Source: Bacilli bacterium (GTDB taxonomy: Bacteria > Bacillota_I > Bacilli_A > RFN20 > CAG-826). Taken from it: DNA of 64,000 nt. How positions within the stretch are numbered: position 1 is the first letter of the stretch; every line of letters begins with the position of its first letter. A program made the translations under genes and the position numbers. Below are positions 1 through 10,455 of this stretch, piece by piece. The notes beneath the pieces were generated by a model, which was not told the origin of the DNA, ran no database searches, and worked only from the letters and a program-made list of their open reading frames with translations. The stretch spans positions 4,912-68,911 of the forward strand of contig JAZQOV010000011.1 in NCBI GenBank assembly GCA_045628045.1. The letters are read 5' to 3'.

Positions 1-1440
1 ATTGTTTTAGGTGAAACAAAGGCATTTAAGATCGCAGTTAAAGTTGCAGCATGCGTGCTTGTCGCGCTTATGTTTGCAAGATCTTATTGTAACGATAGAT
101 TTGTTGTTATTATTAACAAAGGTTATTTTGAAGGACGTTTCTACGATAACGCTACTCCAGAAACTAATTTACTTGCTATCTTAAGATGGATTCAATTTGC
201 GTCCTTATGTATTATTATTCCTGCTGTTTTCTACGATAATCGCATATTTAGAAATATGGCGAAGTATTTCTGCGCTCCTTTTGGCGTAGTTAACTTATTC
301 TTCCTAAGTAAGTATTTAGATGATTTTAATATCCTTGCAGTTAGTGGAGTTGGCAAAAATAAAGGATTCTACGTCCAACCTTCTATAAGAACACCATTTG
401 TTATTATTGAATTTGTCTTATTTATTGTTGTTCCAGCACTTTTATTCTTCATGGAATCTGGAAAGAAATATTACTCAACCAAAAAAGAAATCATTCTTAC
501 TTGTATTTACGTGCCATGCGCTATTGCGTTATGCCCACCTGTATATTTATTTCAATCAGTTTTTGGATTTACAGAGAAATTTATGCTTTTAGGCACTTCT
601 AGTTGGTTCTTGTGGGTGCTTTCAATACTTGTACTTCTAGCAGGAATTTATTTCCTATTTAGATTCAAGGATAAAACAACAAGAGAATCTGTCATTCTAA
701 TGCTTGCGCTATACACGTTCATGCATTACAACACGATTTATATGATGGATTTAGTTGCATCACGCTTGCCACTTCAATTATGTAACCTTGGTTCATATTT
801 GATTTTAATTGCATGCATTTTCCATAATCAAAAATTCTTTAACTTCATCTTTATTGGAAACGTTTTTGGTGCGGTTGTTGCTACAATTATTGGCTACGAT
901 AGTAATGAATTACTATCATTCTGGTCAATGCACTACATCATTGAGCATACTTGGGTTATTAATTTACCACTTTTAATGGTTGCCTTTAGACTTTATGAAA
1001 TGCCTGACTTTAGAAAGAAAGCATTACTTCACTTCTTTATCGGATTCACAATCTTCTTTGTGGTCTGCTGGAGCGGTGGTTTTGTTCTCAACTGTTTCTT
1101 ATTTAAACAAGGCCATAAATTCTTTAATCACGTCAACTACTTCTACATGTATGACAATACGGTTGCGAATGTATTCCCGTTCTTAGGATTTACAAAAGCG
1201 GGTTCTATAACAATAAACAATTACACATTCTATCCGATTTATCAGGCTGGAATTTATATTGGATACATGGCTCTTTGTATCGCGTTTTATTTCTTAATTT
1301 GGTTTAGCCAAAGCGTTGCAGAGAGACATTTCAAACTTAGAAAATTAAGAATTAATTTCTTAAAAGAAAAAGGATTCTACAAGAAATTCCATCTTGAAGA
1401 GCCATTACTTGAATACAAAAAAGAAAGCGAGGAGAAGTAA
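1..1440 (+). CDS. polytopic integral membrane protein, 5'-partial
   Basis: Frame 1 is open from base 1, with no stop before the GTG at 55 used by the ORF track. More than 10 hydrophobic segments. Stop at 1438-1440. No named family recognised. Confidence 0.6.
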   Translation: MVLGETKAFKIAVKVAACVLVALMFARSYCNDRFVVIINKGYFEGRFYDNATPETNLLAILRWIQFASLCIIIPAVFYDNRIFRNMAKYFCAPFGVVNLFFLSKYLDDFNILAVSGVGKNKGFYVQPSIRTPFVIIEFVLFIVVPALLFFMESGKKYYSTKKEIILTCIYVPCAIALCPPVYLFQSVFGFTEKFMLLGTSSWFLWVLSILVLLAGIYFLFRFKDKTTRESVILMLALYTFMHYNTIYMMDLVASRLPLQLCNLGSYLILIACIFHNQKFFNFIFIGNVFGAVVATIIGYDSNELLSFWSMHYIIEHTWVINLPLLMVAFRLYEMPDFRKKALLHFFIGFTIFFVVCWSGGFVLNCFLFKQGHKFFNHVNYFYMYDNTVANVFPFLGFTKAGSITINNYTFYPIYQAGIYIGYMALCIAFYFLIWFSQSVAERHFKLRKLRINFLKEKGFYKKFHLEEPLLEYKKESEEK

Positions 1441-1441
1441 A

Positions 1442-2161
1442 ATGATCAGCATTAGAAATTTCTCAAAGCAATACAAGAAGAGTACTTATTACTCTGTAAA
1501 AGATCTCAGTCTTGAAGTAAAAGATGGAGAAGTTTTCGGATTTTTAGGACCTAATGGTGCTGGAAAATCTACCACAATCAAATCCATTATTGGGGTTCTT
1601 CCATTAACTGAAGGACAAATTTTGATTGATGGAATTGATATTTCTAAAGAACCAATGGCCGCAAAAAAGAAAATTGGTTATGTTCCTGATAACCACGCAA
1701 TCTTCGAAGGTTTAACAGGTAGAGAATACATTAATTACCTCGCAAATATATATCAAATTGAATTAAGCCAAGCAGAAGCTGTAGCTGAAAAATATCTTGA
1801 TGTTTTCGGTTTACGCTTTGCGTACGATAATCCAATCAAGTCATACTCACATGGTATGAAACAAAAAATATGCGTTATTGGATCTTTAATTCATAATCCG
1901 AAAGTTTGGATTCTTGATGAACCATTAACTGGTCTTGATCCACAAAGTGCATATCAATTAAAAGCTGCAATGAAAGAACATGCTAAAGCAGGAAATACAG
2001 TTTTCTTCTCAAGCCATATTCTTGATGTTGCTGAAAACCTCTGTGACAGAGTTTGCATTATTAAAAAAGGTCAATTACAAGGCGTTTATAACACAAAAGA
2101 TCTTAAGAAAGGCGACAAATCACTTGAAGATGTCTTCATGGATGTTATTGCAAAGGACTAA
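1442..2161 (+). CDS. ABC transporter ATP-binding protein
   Basis: ATG at 1442 follows GAGGAG; the track start at 1394 lies inside the upstream gene. Walker A GPNGAGKST, degenerate signature SHGMKQK, Walker B VWILDEP, H-loop FFSSHIL. Confidence 0.9.
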   Translation: MISIRNFSKQYKKSTYYSVKDLSLEVKDGEVFGFLGPNGAGKSTTIKSIIGVLPLTEGQILIDGIDISKEPMAAKKKIGYVPDNHAIFEGLTGREYINYLANIYQIELSQAEAVAEKYLDVFGLRFAYDNPIKSYSHGMKQKICVIGSLIHNPKVWILDEPLTGLDPQSAYQLKAAMKEHAKAGNTVFFSSHILDVAENLCDRVCIIKKGQLQGVYNTKDLKKGDKSLEDVFMDVIAKD

Positions 2162-2167
2162 TTAAGG

Positions 2168-3904
2168 ATGAAAAAGACAGGTTTCTTTAAGAATATAAAA
2201 GATACCCTTATCGCAAAGTTTAAACGTGTTCCTCAACACGCCGAACGCAGTAAGGCTGTTTTAAGCTTACTTTTTGCGAACGCTTATCCTAATATGAGAA
2301 AAGGAAAACGTAAACAAGCCATTCCATCACTTCTTAAGAACATTCTTATTATGGCTGTTGTCTTCTTTGTTTTCTGGTTCTTAGCTGGAAAAATAATGAA
2401 CTTCTTAAGTATTAAGGTTAATGGCGAATTCCTTTCAATTGCTTTACTTTTAACATCTGTTTTAGGATTAGCATTCGCTACAACAAGCATTATTACAAAA
2501 ATGTATTTGAGCAACGATAATAACTTGTTATTATCTTTACCAATATCATTCAACGAATTATTTATTGCAAAGGTTGTAATGGTTTATATTTCGGAATTCA
2601 TGTTCAACCTTATCTATATTCTTCCAATCTTCTGCGCAATCGGAGTTATTGGAGGAGTTGGAGTTTTGTATTACGTTGGAGTTATTGTTTTACTTCCATT
2701 CATTTCAGTTTTACCAATTGCTCTGGGAGCATTAATTTCAATTCCAATTATGTTTATCGTGAAATTCTTTAAATCACGTCCAGTTGTTACAATTGTTGTA
2801 TCAATTATTGCAATTATTGCTGTATTCGTTGGATACATGTTTATTGTTAGATCTGTTTCTGGTGCATTTAACATTGCTGAAGAACAAATTTCTAACTCTC
2901 TCAAAGTGCATTACGCAATCAACGATATTGGCGGAAAACTCTTCTGTTACACATACATCATGCGAGCACTAGAAAGTTTCTTTGTAACGAAAAATATCGT
3001 GGAATTCCTGGTGTTTTTCGGAATTTTACTACTTTATTTAATTGGTTCAGTTATTGTTTTACTTCCATGTTTGTTACTTATCAAACACTTCTTCCAATCA
3101 ATCGAAACAATGAATGAACAAACTCCTGTCATTAAAGTAAAAGGCGATAAGAAATTTAAAAAACGTAGTCAATTTAGACAATTACTTGAAAACGAGTTTA
3201 AGATGATTCTTCGTTCACCAAATCAACTTTTCAAGTACTTCTTAATCACAATTTTAATGCCTCTTATTGTTTTCACTTATGACTTTATTTTAAAAGACAT
3301 TGTCGTTAACGATACAGGCAACATTGTTAAATACGCATCGCATTATTTTGCTTTATTTACAATGGTTTGTTTATCAAGTTTAATTTCTAGCGTCGCTATT
3401 TCAAAACAAGGAAGTTTATTCTACCTAACAAAGACTCTTCCAGTTGATTACAAGAAACAAATTACTGTAAAAGCTGTATTCAACTGTTCTTTAACAATTG
3501 GAATGGTTCTTATCACCATGATTGTAGTTCTCGCTACTGGAGTTATTAATGTCTGGCAGGTAACAGTGTGTTCAGCATTAAGTGCAATCTTTATTTGTAT
3601 TGGGCACGTTTGTCACTCTATTGATTTAGATTTAAGAAAGCCAACTTTATCTTGGTATGATGTCAGTGATATTGATGAACTTAGCAAGAACACTGCAACA
3701 TCAGTTTTGATTGGTTTACTTATTTCAGCAGCCTCATTCCTTATTATGTATTTGACTTACACATTAAGGTTAAAAGAAGTTGTCTCTGTTAGCATTATGG
3801 AACCAGTCATAGTAGTTCTCATTTTAAGCATTTTATACGCGATTTTCCGTGTATATTTCCTATATTTACGCGTTCAAGATGAATTAGAAAGGATGGAATT
3901 ATAA
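2168..3904 (+). CDS. multi-pass membrane protein, putative permease partner of the ABC ATPase
   Basis: Starts 7 nt after the ATPase stop. About 12 or more hydrophobic helices over 578 aa. Role inferred from context only. Confidence 0.6.
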   Translation: MKKTGFFKNIKDTLIAKFKRVPQHAERSKAVLSLLFANAYPNMRKGKRKQAIPSLLKNILIMAVVFFVFWFLAGKIMNFLSIKVNGEFLSIALLLTSVLGLAFATTSIITKMYLSNDNNLLLSLPISFNELFIAKVVMVYISEFMFNLIYILPIFCAIGVIGGVGVLYYVGVIVLLPFISVLPIALGALISIPIMFIVKFFKSRPVVTIVVSIIAIIAVFVGYMFIVRSVSGAFNIAEEQISNSLKVHYAINDIGGKLFCYTYIMRALESFFVTKNIVEFLVFFGILLLYLIGSVIVLLPCLLLIKHFFQSIETMNEQTPVIKVKGDKKFKKRSQFRQLLENEFKMILRSPNQLFKYFLITILMPLIVFTYDFILKDIVVNDTGNIVKYASHYFALFTMVCLSSLISSVAISKQGSLFYLTKTLPVDYKKQITVKAVFNCSLTIGMVLITMIVVLATGVINVWQVTVCSALSAIFICIGHVCHSIDLDLRKPTLSWYDVSDIDELSKNTATSVLIGLLISAASFLIMYLTYTLRLKEVVSVSIMEPVIVVLILSILYAIFRVYFLYLRVQDELERMEL

Positions 3905-3905
3905 T

Positions 3906-4832
3906 ATGAAAAAGTTCTCTATTATCATTCTTATTTTACTTCCGTTTTTCCTAATTTATTTCGTCTCATTAGCAGGAAAAATTTATTCTGCATATTCTTC
4001 AATTGAACTCATTAGTATGTCGATTAGAGACTCAGATCACACCTTTGAAGAAGGCGAGATTTTAGAGATGAGAGTTGAAGAATCTCATTACATTGAAATT
4101 GAGTTTAATCCAGATAACGCTTCAAACAAATCTTATACAGTTGCTAAGTATGATGAATCAGTCATTTCATATAACAACCACGGTTTAATTGAAGCTGTTG
4201 GCGAAGGTGTTACAACTTTAATTTTCACATCACTCAGTAATTCATCTATTTTCACCGAACTCACTGTCCATGTACGTGATGATCAATTAAGAGATTTCAC
4301 ATTACCTACAAGCGAAATTAATATAAAAATCGGCGGAAAAGAGCAAATAAATCCAGTTTATGAACCAAAAAATCCAGTTGAAGAACAAAAAGGATTTACA
4401 TATACATCCCTTGATCCATCAATCGCAACCGTTGACTCGAACGGTTACGTTACTGGTGTTTCTGAGGGTGAAACATACATTGTCGTTAAATCTACTTATT
4501 TAGGAAAGGAGAAACAAGTCAAGGTAAAAGTATCAGAACACGGAGCAGGATCTGCCTACTTTAATCTCGAAAAGGAAGAAGGTTATTCTTACGCTATTTG
4601 GCACGAAGATACAATCGAACTTTATGACCATATTACTATTGTTAATGGATCACGAAAAGATTATGTATTTGATGTAACTTCAGCAAATGGTGTTGATACA
4701 ACTTACTTAGAGAGCGATGGCATCCTCAGATTTACACAAAAAGGCGTACTGGTCACAGTTAATTTATATAGAAAGACCAGTGATTCAAAAGTAAAAATTG
4801 ATGATATTTCAATTAAATATATTGCTAATTAG
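3906..4832 (+). CDS. membrane-anchored Big_2 (bacterial Ig-like group 2) domain protein
   Basis: N-terminal TM helix. Big_2-like strings GLIEAVGEGVTTLIFTS and DPSIATVDSNGYVTGVSEGETYIVVKS. Confidence 0.65.
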   Translation: MKKFSIIILILLPFFLIYFVSLAGKIYSAYSSIELISMSIRDSDHTFEEGEILEMRVEESHYIEIEFNPDNASNKSYTVAKYDESVISYNNHGLIEAVGEGVTTLIFTSLSNSSIFTELTVHVRDDQLRDFTLPTSEINIKIGGKEQINPVYEPKNPVEEQKGFTYTSLDPSIATVDSNGYVTGVSEGETYIVVKSTYLGKEKQVKVKVSEHGAGSAYFNLEKEEGYSYAIWHEDTIELYDHITIVNGSRKDYVFDVTSANGVDTTYLESDGILRFTQKGVLVTVNLYRKTSDSKVKIDDISIKYIAN

Positions 4833-4841
4833 GAGGAAAAT

Positions 4842-7800
4842 ATGAAAACTAAATTTTCGAAAATCATTCTAGCAAGCGCATGCGCATTTTCAGTAAGTGC
4901 ATGTAATCAACAAACTCCAAAACTAACTATTAGTGTGGAGAACAACATTTCAAGTATCCAAAGAGCTCAAGAAATTCAAATTTCTGCAGCTATGGAACAT
5001 CTTAGCGGCGATGTAGTTTATACCGTTGCTACAGATAAGGATACAGAAGAAGTAAAATACGCAACAGTTAGCGCAACTGGACTCTTAAAATGTTCAGAAG
5101 AGGCACCTGTTGGCGCAATTATCACAGTTGAAGGAAGCGTAAATGGAACAATCTCTAACCCACTTACCTTTACCGTTCAACATACTTATGCTGAATCAAT
5201 TGAAATTGTTGCAACAGGCAGTGATGGAAAAGCTAAAGAAAACTTTGCTACATCTTTAGATGAAATTACTTTAACAACTTTATTTACACCTGCATACGCA
5301 ACAGTTAAATCAGTTAGATATTCAATTGTTGATGGTGATGAATTTGCTGTTGTCAGTGAACAAGGAGTTGTAAGCCTTAAACCAGGCATCGACTTTGAAG
5401 ACACTGCTAAAAACAAAATTGTTGAAGTTAAATCAACAGTTGTCAATCCAGATTCAACCGCTAAAGAAGTAAGTGCCACAAAGTCACTTATTATTAACGG
5501 TATTCTTCCAGATAGAATTGAATTATCTGCAAAAATTGGTGAAGAACCAGCAGTCTCAATTAAGAGAAAAGATGAAGTTGTTTTAACACGTGCTTTCTCA
5601 TGCGAAAGTGGTGAAGAACCAACAATCAAAACAACATCATATGAATTTGAATCAGGTAGAGATATCTGCACAATTTCAAAAGATGTTCTTAAGTTAAAAT
5701 CCATGGATTTATCCGCATATTATGGCTCAAAAATTAAATTTAGAGCAGTTTTAAATGCTGATGAATCAATTGCTTCAAACTGGGTAGAATTAACAGTTGA
5801 AGAACTTACCGCATATCTTGATATTAAATGTGCAAAAGCAATGGAAGTTACCGAAACAGTTGCTATTCAAGTTGATTGCCAAGATGGTGCATCAAATGAA
5901 TTCACAATTGGAATTGTCTCAGGTAAAGGCGATGACATTGCTGAAATTATTACAAACGAAACAAGCTCAGGAAAAACATACACTCTTGCTATTAAACATG
6001 GTCAAGAAGAGAACGCTGTTAATAGAGCTATCACAATTACAGCTACATCAGTTAACGATCCAGAAATTAATGACACTGTAGTTATCAACGTTATTCCAGC
6101 AGTTGAACTTCAAGTTAACACAATGAACTTCATTGATGAATATTCATCAAATAACCATATTTCATTCTCAGTTCTTGAACATGGTGCTGAAATTCCAAGT
6201 GAACGAATTGATACCTCAAAAGTTAAATATGAATCATTAAATGCTGAAATTTTCACAGTTGATGCAACCGGTAAAGTTACAGCAGTTAATCATGGTAAAG
6301 GTTCAGTAAAAGTTACCTATGGTGAAGTTGTTGGCTATGGCGATGTTAACATTATGGTCGCACCAACATCAGTCAATATTAACCTTGGTTTAACAAAAAC
6401 ATTCCAAGCAAACCACAGATATTCTTACTCTAAGAATGAAACATTAAAAATTGGTGTTTCTGCAACAAACATCTCTGGTAAGAAAACAACCGAATCATTC
6501 AAATACAGATTTGATAGATTAGTTGATGGTGCAATCGTTGAAACTGGTAACTCAGTTGCAGAAATTGATGCATCACAAAACATTACATTCAAACAAACAG
6601 GCGAAATTAAGCTAACCGTTACATCAATCTCATCACTCAATGGTGAAAATACAACCGCTGTTGAAAAGTCAGATTACATGATCTTTGAAATTAATGAAGG
6701 TGTTAACGTTAGAACTCAAGAAGACCTCGCAAAACTAAATAAGGGTAAAAATCTCACAATTAACTTTGTTAACGATATTTACATGACTGGCGATGGCTTC
6801 GGCTTAACAACTAACGCCGTCTATAGAGGCCTTATCTTCTATGGCTCAACAAAGATGAACGGAAATGGCTTCAAAATCTCTTCTGAAAAACTTAAATTCC
6901 ATACAGAAGCAGAAGATGGACAAAATAGTAATATGTTTACATTCCAACCAGAAGGATACGTTGATAATGGTGAAAACTCTAGAATTGAAGAAAATAGAGC
7001 TTGGGAAGTTATCGTTAAAGACCTTGAAGTCGTTGGTATGATGGGCGTTAATGGCGATTACACCGGTACAGAAGCATCTTCTAAAGGACTTAGCGTTGTC
7101 AATAAAGACGGAACTCCAAAATGTGTATTCGAAAAAGGTTTCCATGTCGGTTATGGTGGATATCAAAACTACGCAGGATTAAGAGTCGCATCTTCATGTC
7201 TTGAAAGATTAGTCCTTGAAAATTGTAATATTCACAACTTCCGTTTCGGCGTTAGAGTTGAACACGCAATTTATGCATTAGTTAAGGACACATACGTTGG
7301 AGCATGTTACGAATCCGGTATTATTTTCTCACAATGCTTTGCAACTCTTGAAAACCCATGGTTTGGTCAAGTCGGTACATTCGCTATTGAAATGGCACCA
7401 GACTGCATGAGAGATAAAGCATCTCAAAATCCAACTGGCTGTGCTGGTAAGGATTACAATCAAACTGCAACCCTTTACCTCAATGGTGATATTGTTCGTG
7501 ATGGTGTTTCAAGCATTCAAAACTTCAACAATGGTGCTTCTACTCCAGGCATGAAGGGATTCACCTTAGGTGAATATACAATGCCAATGGTTATCGCAAT
7601 GTTAACTCAAGGCATCATTCAAGCTATTGTTGGACAAACTGGTGGTGGACAAGCTCTTGCGGATCAATTATTCGGAGCTGTTTCAAGATGCTTATATAAG
7701 AATGGTGATGCTTCAGCATCAGAAATTAACTTATTCTTATTAATCTTCGTTAATCCAACACAATTTAACAGCTACTACAAAGGCAACCAAGAAGGTAAGT

Positions 7801-7997
7801 TTGGTCAATTTAAAACAAATAACACCGAACAAAACATGATTACCTTAATGGATTTGTTAGCTGGTATTGCAGCACAAAGTATTAATCCAGCAGATTATCA
7901 ATACATTAGAGTTGACCTTGATGTTTCAAGTGTTGTCGGCACTGATATTGGTGACGCAATTGTCATTAACCAAGCTTATAAAGGCTTAGCAAAATAA
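4842..7997 (+). CDS. surface lipoprotein with multiple Big_2-like domains and a C-terminal right-handed beta-helix-like region
   Basis: GGAGG RBS. Lipobox FSVSAC. Repeated Ig-like segments (ATVSATGLLK.., FTVDATGKVTAVNHGKGSVKV). C-terminal NGNGFKI / NCNIHNFRFGVRVEH strings typical of parallel beta-helix proteins. Confidence 0.65.
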   Translation: MKTKFSKIILASACAFSVSACNQQTPKLTISVENNISSIQRAQEIQISAAMEHLSGDVVYTVATDKDTEEVKYATVSATGLLKCSEEAPVGAIITVEGSVNGTISNPLTFTVQHTYAESIEIVATGSDGKAKENFATSLDEITLTTLFTPAYATVKSVRYSIVDGDEFAVVSEQGVVSLKPGIDFEDTAKNKIVEVKSTVVNPDSTAKEVSATKSLIINGILPDRIELSAKIGEEPAVSIKRKDEVVLTRAFSCESGEEPTIKTTSYEFESGRDICTISKDVLKLKSMDLSAYYGSKIKFRAVLNADESIASNWVELTVEELTAYLDIKCAKAMEVTETVAIQVDCQDGASNEFTIGIVSGKGDDIAEIITNETSSGKTYTLAIKHGQEENAVNRAITITATSVNDPEINDTVVINVIPAVELQVNTMNFIDEYSSNNHISFSVLEHGAEIPSERIDTSKVKYESLNAEIFTVDATGKVTAVNHGKGSVKVTYGEVVGYGDVNIMVAPTSVNINLGLTKTFQANHRYSYSKNETLKIGVSATNISGKKTTESFKYRFDRLVDGAIVETGNSVAEIDASQNITFKQTGEIKLTVTSISSLNGENTTAVEKSDYMIFEINEGVNVRTQEDLAKLNKGKNLTINFVNDIYMTGDGFGLTTNAVYRGLIFYGSTKMNGNGFKISSEKLKFHTEAEDGQNSNMFTFQPEGYVDNGENSRIEENRAWEVIVKDLEVVGMMGVNGDYTGTEASSKGLSVVNKDGTPKCVFEKGFHVGYGGYQNYAGLRVASSCLERLVLENCNIHNFRFGVRVEHAIYALVKDTYVGACYESGIIFSQCFATLENPWFGQVGTFAIEMAPDCMRDKASQNPTGCAGKDYNQTATLYLNGDIVRDGVSSIQNFNNGASTPGMKGFTLGEYTMPMVIAMLTQGIIQAIVGQTGGGQALADQLFGAVSRCLYKNGDASASEINLFLLIFVNPTQFNSYYKGNQEGKFGQFKTNNTEQNMITLMDLLAGIAAQSINPADYQYIRVDLDVSSVVGTDIGDAIVINQAYKGLAK

Positions 7998-8016
7998 ACT
8001 TTGTTTATTAAGATTA

Positions 8017-8046
8017 AAGGTTCGGAGCAAAATCTGAACCTTTTTT
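8017..8046 (+). terminator. intrinsic terminator of the 1-7997 operon
   Basis: AAAGGTTCGGA-gcaaaa-TCTGAACC stem (one mismatch) followed by TTTTTT. Confidence 0.75.
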
Positions 8047-8105
8047 CGTAAAATTTTACGAAAAAAATTGATTAAATTTAGAATATTATATATATTTATA
8101 TACGT

Positions 8106-10454
8106 ATGATTATCGCGAGAAATTTAGTAAAGAAATTTAAATCTCCAGATAAGAACGAGGAAATCGTTGCTTTAGACCACCTTAGTCTTACACTTCCAGA
8201 CAAAGGTTTAATCGCTATTGTTGGCGCATCAGGATGTGGTAAATCCACTCTTTTACACGTACTTGGTGGCCTTGAAAAAGCGGATTCAGGATCTTTTGTT
8301 GTAGATGGAAGAGACTCTAAATCATTCTCTGGCACAGAATGGGATTCATACAGAAACCAAATGGTTGGGTTTATTTTCCAAAATTACTATCTTCTTCCAC
8401 ATCTTACTGTTTTTGAAAACGTTGCAATAACACTTGAATTGTCCAGAAACACGAAAGACATGAAGGAAAAAGTTATGGCTGCATTAGAAAGAGTTGGCCT
8501 TACTAAGTACGCAAAACGCTTACCAAGACAGCTTTCGGGCGGTCAACAACAACGCGTTGCCGTTGCTAGGGCACTTGTTTCAAACCCATCTATTATTCTT
8601 GCAGATGAACCTACTGGCGCTTTGGATGCTAAATCATCTATTGCGGTTATGGATAACTTAAAAGATATTTCCACAGATCATCTTGTTGTTATGGTTACTC
8701 ATAACGAACGTCTCGCTAATGAATATGCAGATAGAATTATTGAGATTTCCTATGGAAAAATTTTTAAAGACCTTACTTTAAAGACAAAAGATCAGAAAAA
8801 AGAGAATATAGAACCTCTTCGTAGAATTCACACTCCGTTCCTTACCTCAATTAAGTGGGGAACAAGAAATGTTATTAAGAAAAAAGGACGTTCAATTCCT
8901 ATTGCTGTTGCAACCGGTATTGGTTTAGCAGCTTGTGGTGTTGTCATTTCGATGACCCAAAGCGTTAATAAATATGTTCAAGAATCTCAGGATGCTGCTT
9001 TAAGCTCTTCTCCAATTTATATTCATTGTGTTGCGAATAACACAGTTGATTATTATCAGAAATCATTAACTATTTACCCAGATTCAACAGATGTCATAAT
9101 CGAAAGATCTGGTGTTCAAAATCAATTCTTCCCAATCTTTGATAGCGAATTTAATGACTATGTTGATAAGCTTGTTCCTGGTGTTGATTATGGTTATCTA
9201 AGAAAGTATGGTGCATACAAATTTAACCTCTATACTGAGAAAAATCCTGGGGAAATCATGAGGATTTCAGACTCAAATGCTTATACTGCTCCACTTTCTT
9301 TGGATCACGATACACTAGACTTTGTAGCAAATGATTACACAGTTTTAGCAGGTCACATGCCAGAAAACGAAAATGAAGTTGCATTGCTTGTAGATGAATA
9401 TAACTGTATTTCCGAAAAGAAATTAAAAAATCTTGGATTCTCATTTACATCAGAAACCGATGTTATTAAATGGGATGATATTGTTAACAAAGAATATCGA
9501 TGTGTTGATAACGATGATGTCTATTATGAAGCTACAAGAACTGTCGCTGATGATCCTGAACCACGAACAGTTTTCTATAGAAAATCAAATGTAGATGCAT
9601 ATAATTCATCATCTATTAATTTAAAAATCACCGCAATTCTAAGAGCAAATAAAGAACTCGATGATACTCTTTTTGATGGAACATTACTTTTCCATCCAGA
9701 TTTTTATAATAATCACGTAAGATTAAACGAAGAATCCGCTATAGTTAAAGCTCAAAAAGAGCATCCAAATTACAGCATTTTAGACGGGCACACATTTGTT
9801 GATGATGTCTCTGGCACAAAGAGATACTATTATGAAGCAACCTTAGTTGAAATTGGTGGACTTAATGTTGCTTATTCGTATTTAATCTATACAGATTATT
9901 ATGAGCAAAGAGCTCAAATTATGAATTATTTTAATGCATACAACAACACCAATCCTGATTACATAATCAAGGTTAAGGATTCACTTGGGAATCTTAGTAA
10001 CTCTTTCGCTAGTATCACAAAAACTTACTCAACTGTTGTTTTAGTGTTTGCAATCATTGCAATAATTATTGCAGGATTCTTAACTGCAATCTTGACCTAT
10101 ATATCTGTTGTTGAAAGAACAAGAGAAATAGGCCTACTTAGATCACTCGGAAGTAGGTGCATAGATATATTTAACCTATTCTTGGTGGAAGCGTGTATTG
10201 TTGGCGTAATTGGAGGCGTTTTAAGCGTAGCTTTGTCTTATGCTTTATCGCCAGTAGCTTCGGGCGCTGTTATTAACCTTATTGAAGTTGCTGAAACTAA
10301 CTTCCCACTTCCAACTCTTAAAGAATTCGCGTATGTTCCTGGTTGGATTGCTCCATTCTTAATAGGTCTTTCATTAATTGTTGCTATTATTTCATCTCTT
10401 GCACCTGCAATCATTGCAAGCCGCAAGAGACCTGCACAAGCATTAAAAGAATAA
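8106..10454 (+). CDS. fused ABC transporter ATPase-permease, MacB/FtsX type
   Basis: N-terminal GASGCGKST, LSGGQQQRVAVARAL, IILADEPTGALD, VTHNERLA. Large extracytoplasmic region. C-terminal FtsX-like helices (REIGLLRSLGSR..). Confidence 0.9.
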   Translation: MIIARNLVKKFKSPDKNEEIVALDHLSLTLPDKGLIAIVGASGCGKSTLLHVLGGLEKADSGSFVVDGRDSKSFSGTEWDSYRNQMVGFIFQNYYLLPHLTVFENVAITLELSRNTKDMKEKVMAALERVGLTKYAKRLPRQLSGGQQQRVAVARALVSNPSIILADEPTGALDAKSSIAVMDNLKDISTDHLVVMVTHNERLANEYADRIIEISYGKIFKDLTLKTKDQKKENIEPLRRIHTPFLTSIKWGTRNVIKKKGRSIPIAVATGIGLAACGVVISMTQSVNKYVQESQDAALSSSPIYIHCVANNTVDYYQKSLTIYPDSTDVIIERSGVQNQFFPIFDSEFNDYVDKLVPGVDYGYLRKYGAYKFNLYTEKNPGEIMRISDSNAYTAPLSLDHDTLDFVANDYTVLAGHMPENENEVALLVDEYNCISEKKLKNLGFSFTSETDVIKWDDIVNKEYRCVDNDDVYYEATRTVADDPEPRTVFYRKSNVDAYNSSSINLKITAILRANKELDDTLFDGTLLFHPDFYNNHVRLNEESAIVKAQKEHPNYSILDGHTFVDDVSGTKRYYYEATLVEIGGLNVAYSYLIYTDYYEQRAQIMNYFNAYNNTNPDYIIKVKDSLGNLSNSFASITKTYSTVVLVFAIIAIIIAGFLTAILTYISVVERTREIGLLRSLGSRCIDIFNLFLVEACIVGVIGGVLSVALSYALSPVASGAVINLIEVAETNFPLPTLKEFAYVPGWIAPFLIGLSLIVAIISSLAPAIIASRKRPAQALKE

Positions 10455-10455
10455 A

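Noticed and set aside
1394-1441. Upstream starts offered by the ORF track: 1394 for the ABC ATPase, 13132 for the LRR protein, 17557 for the 84-aa ORF, 31285 for the DUF3737-like gene and 48304 for the permease.
   Set aside because: Each extension overlaps the preceding gene or a terminator/riboswitch, and mostly lacks an RBS. Downstream starts have better SD or coupling context, or restore a clean signal peptide.
5186-5704. Long antisense or nested ORFs inside large genes. On the minus strand: 5186-5704, 6846-7166, 29539-29910, 34036-34551, 37858-38247, 41373-41735, 43480-43791, 48276-48716, 52034-52417, 61782-62090 and 62676-63032. Many short plus-strand out-of-frame ORFs are also present.
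   Set aside because: They lie entirely within, or heavily overlap, well-supported genes. They lack RBSs. Their low-complexity S/A/T/L-rich composition is typical of shadow frames of GCN/GTT-rich coding sequence.
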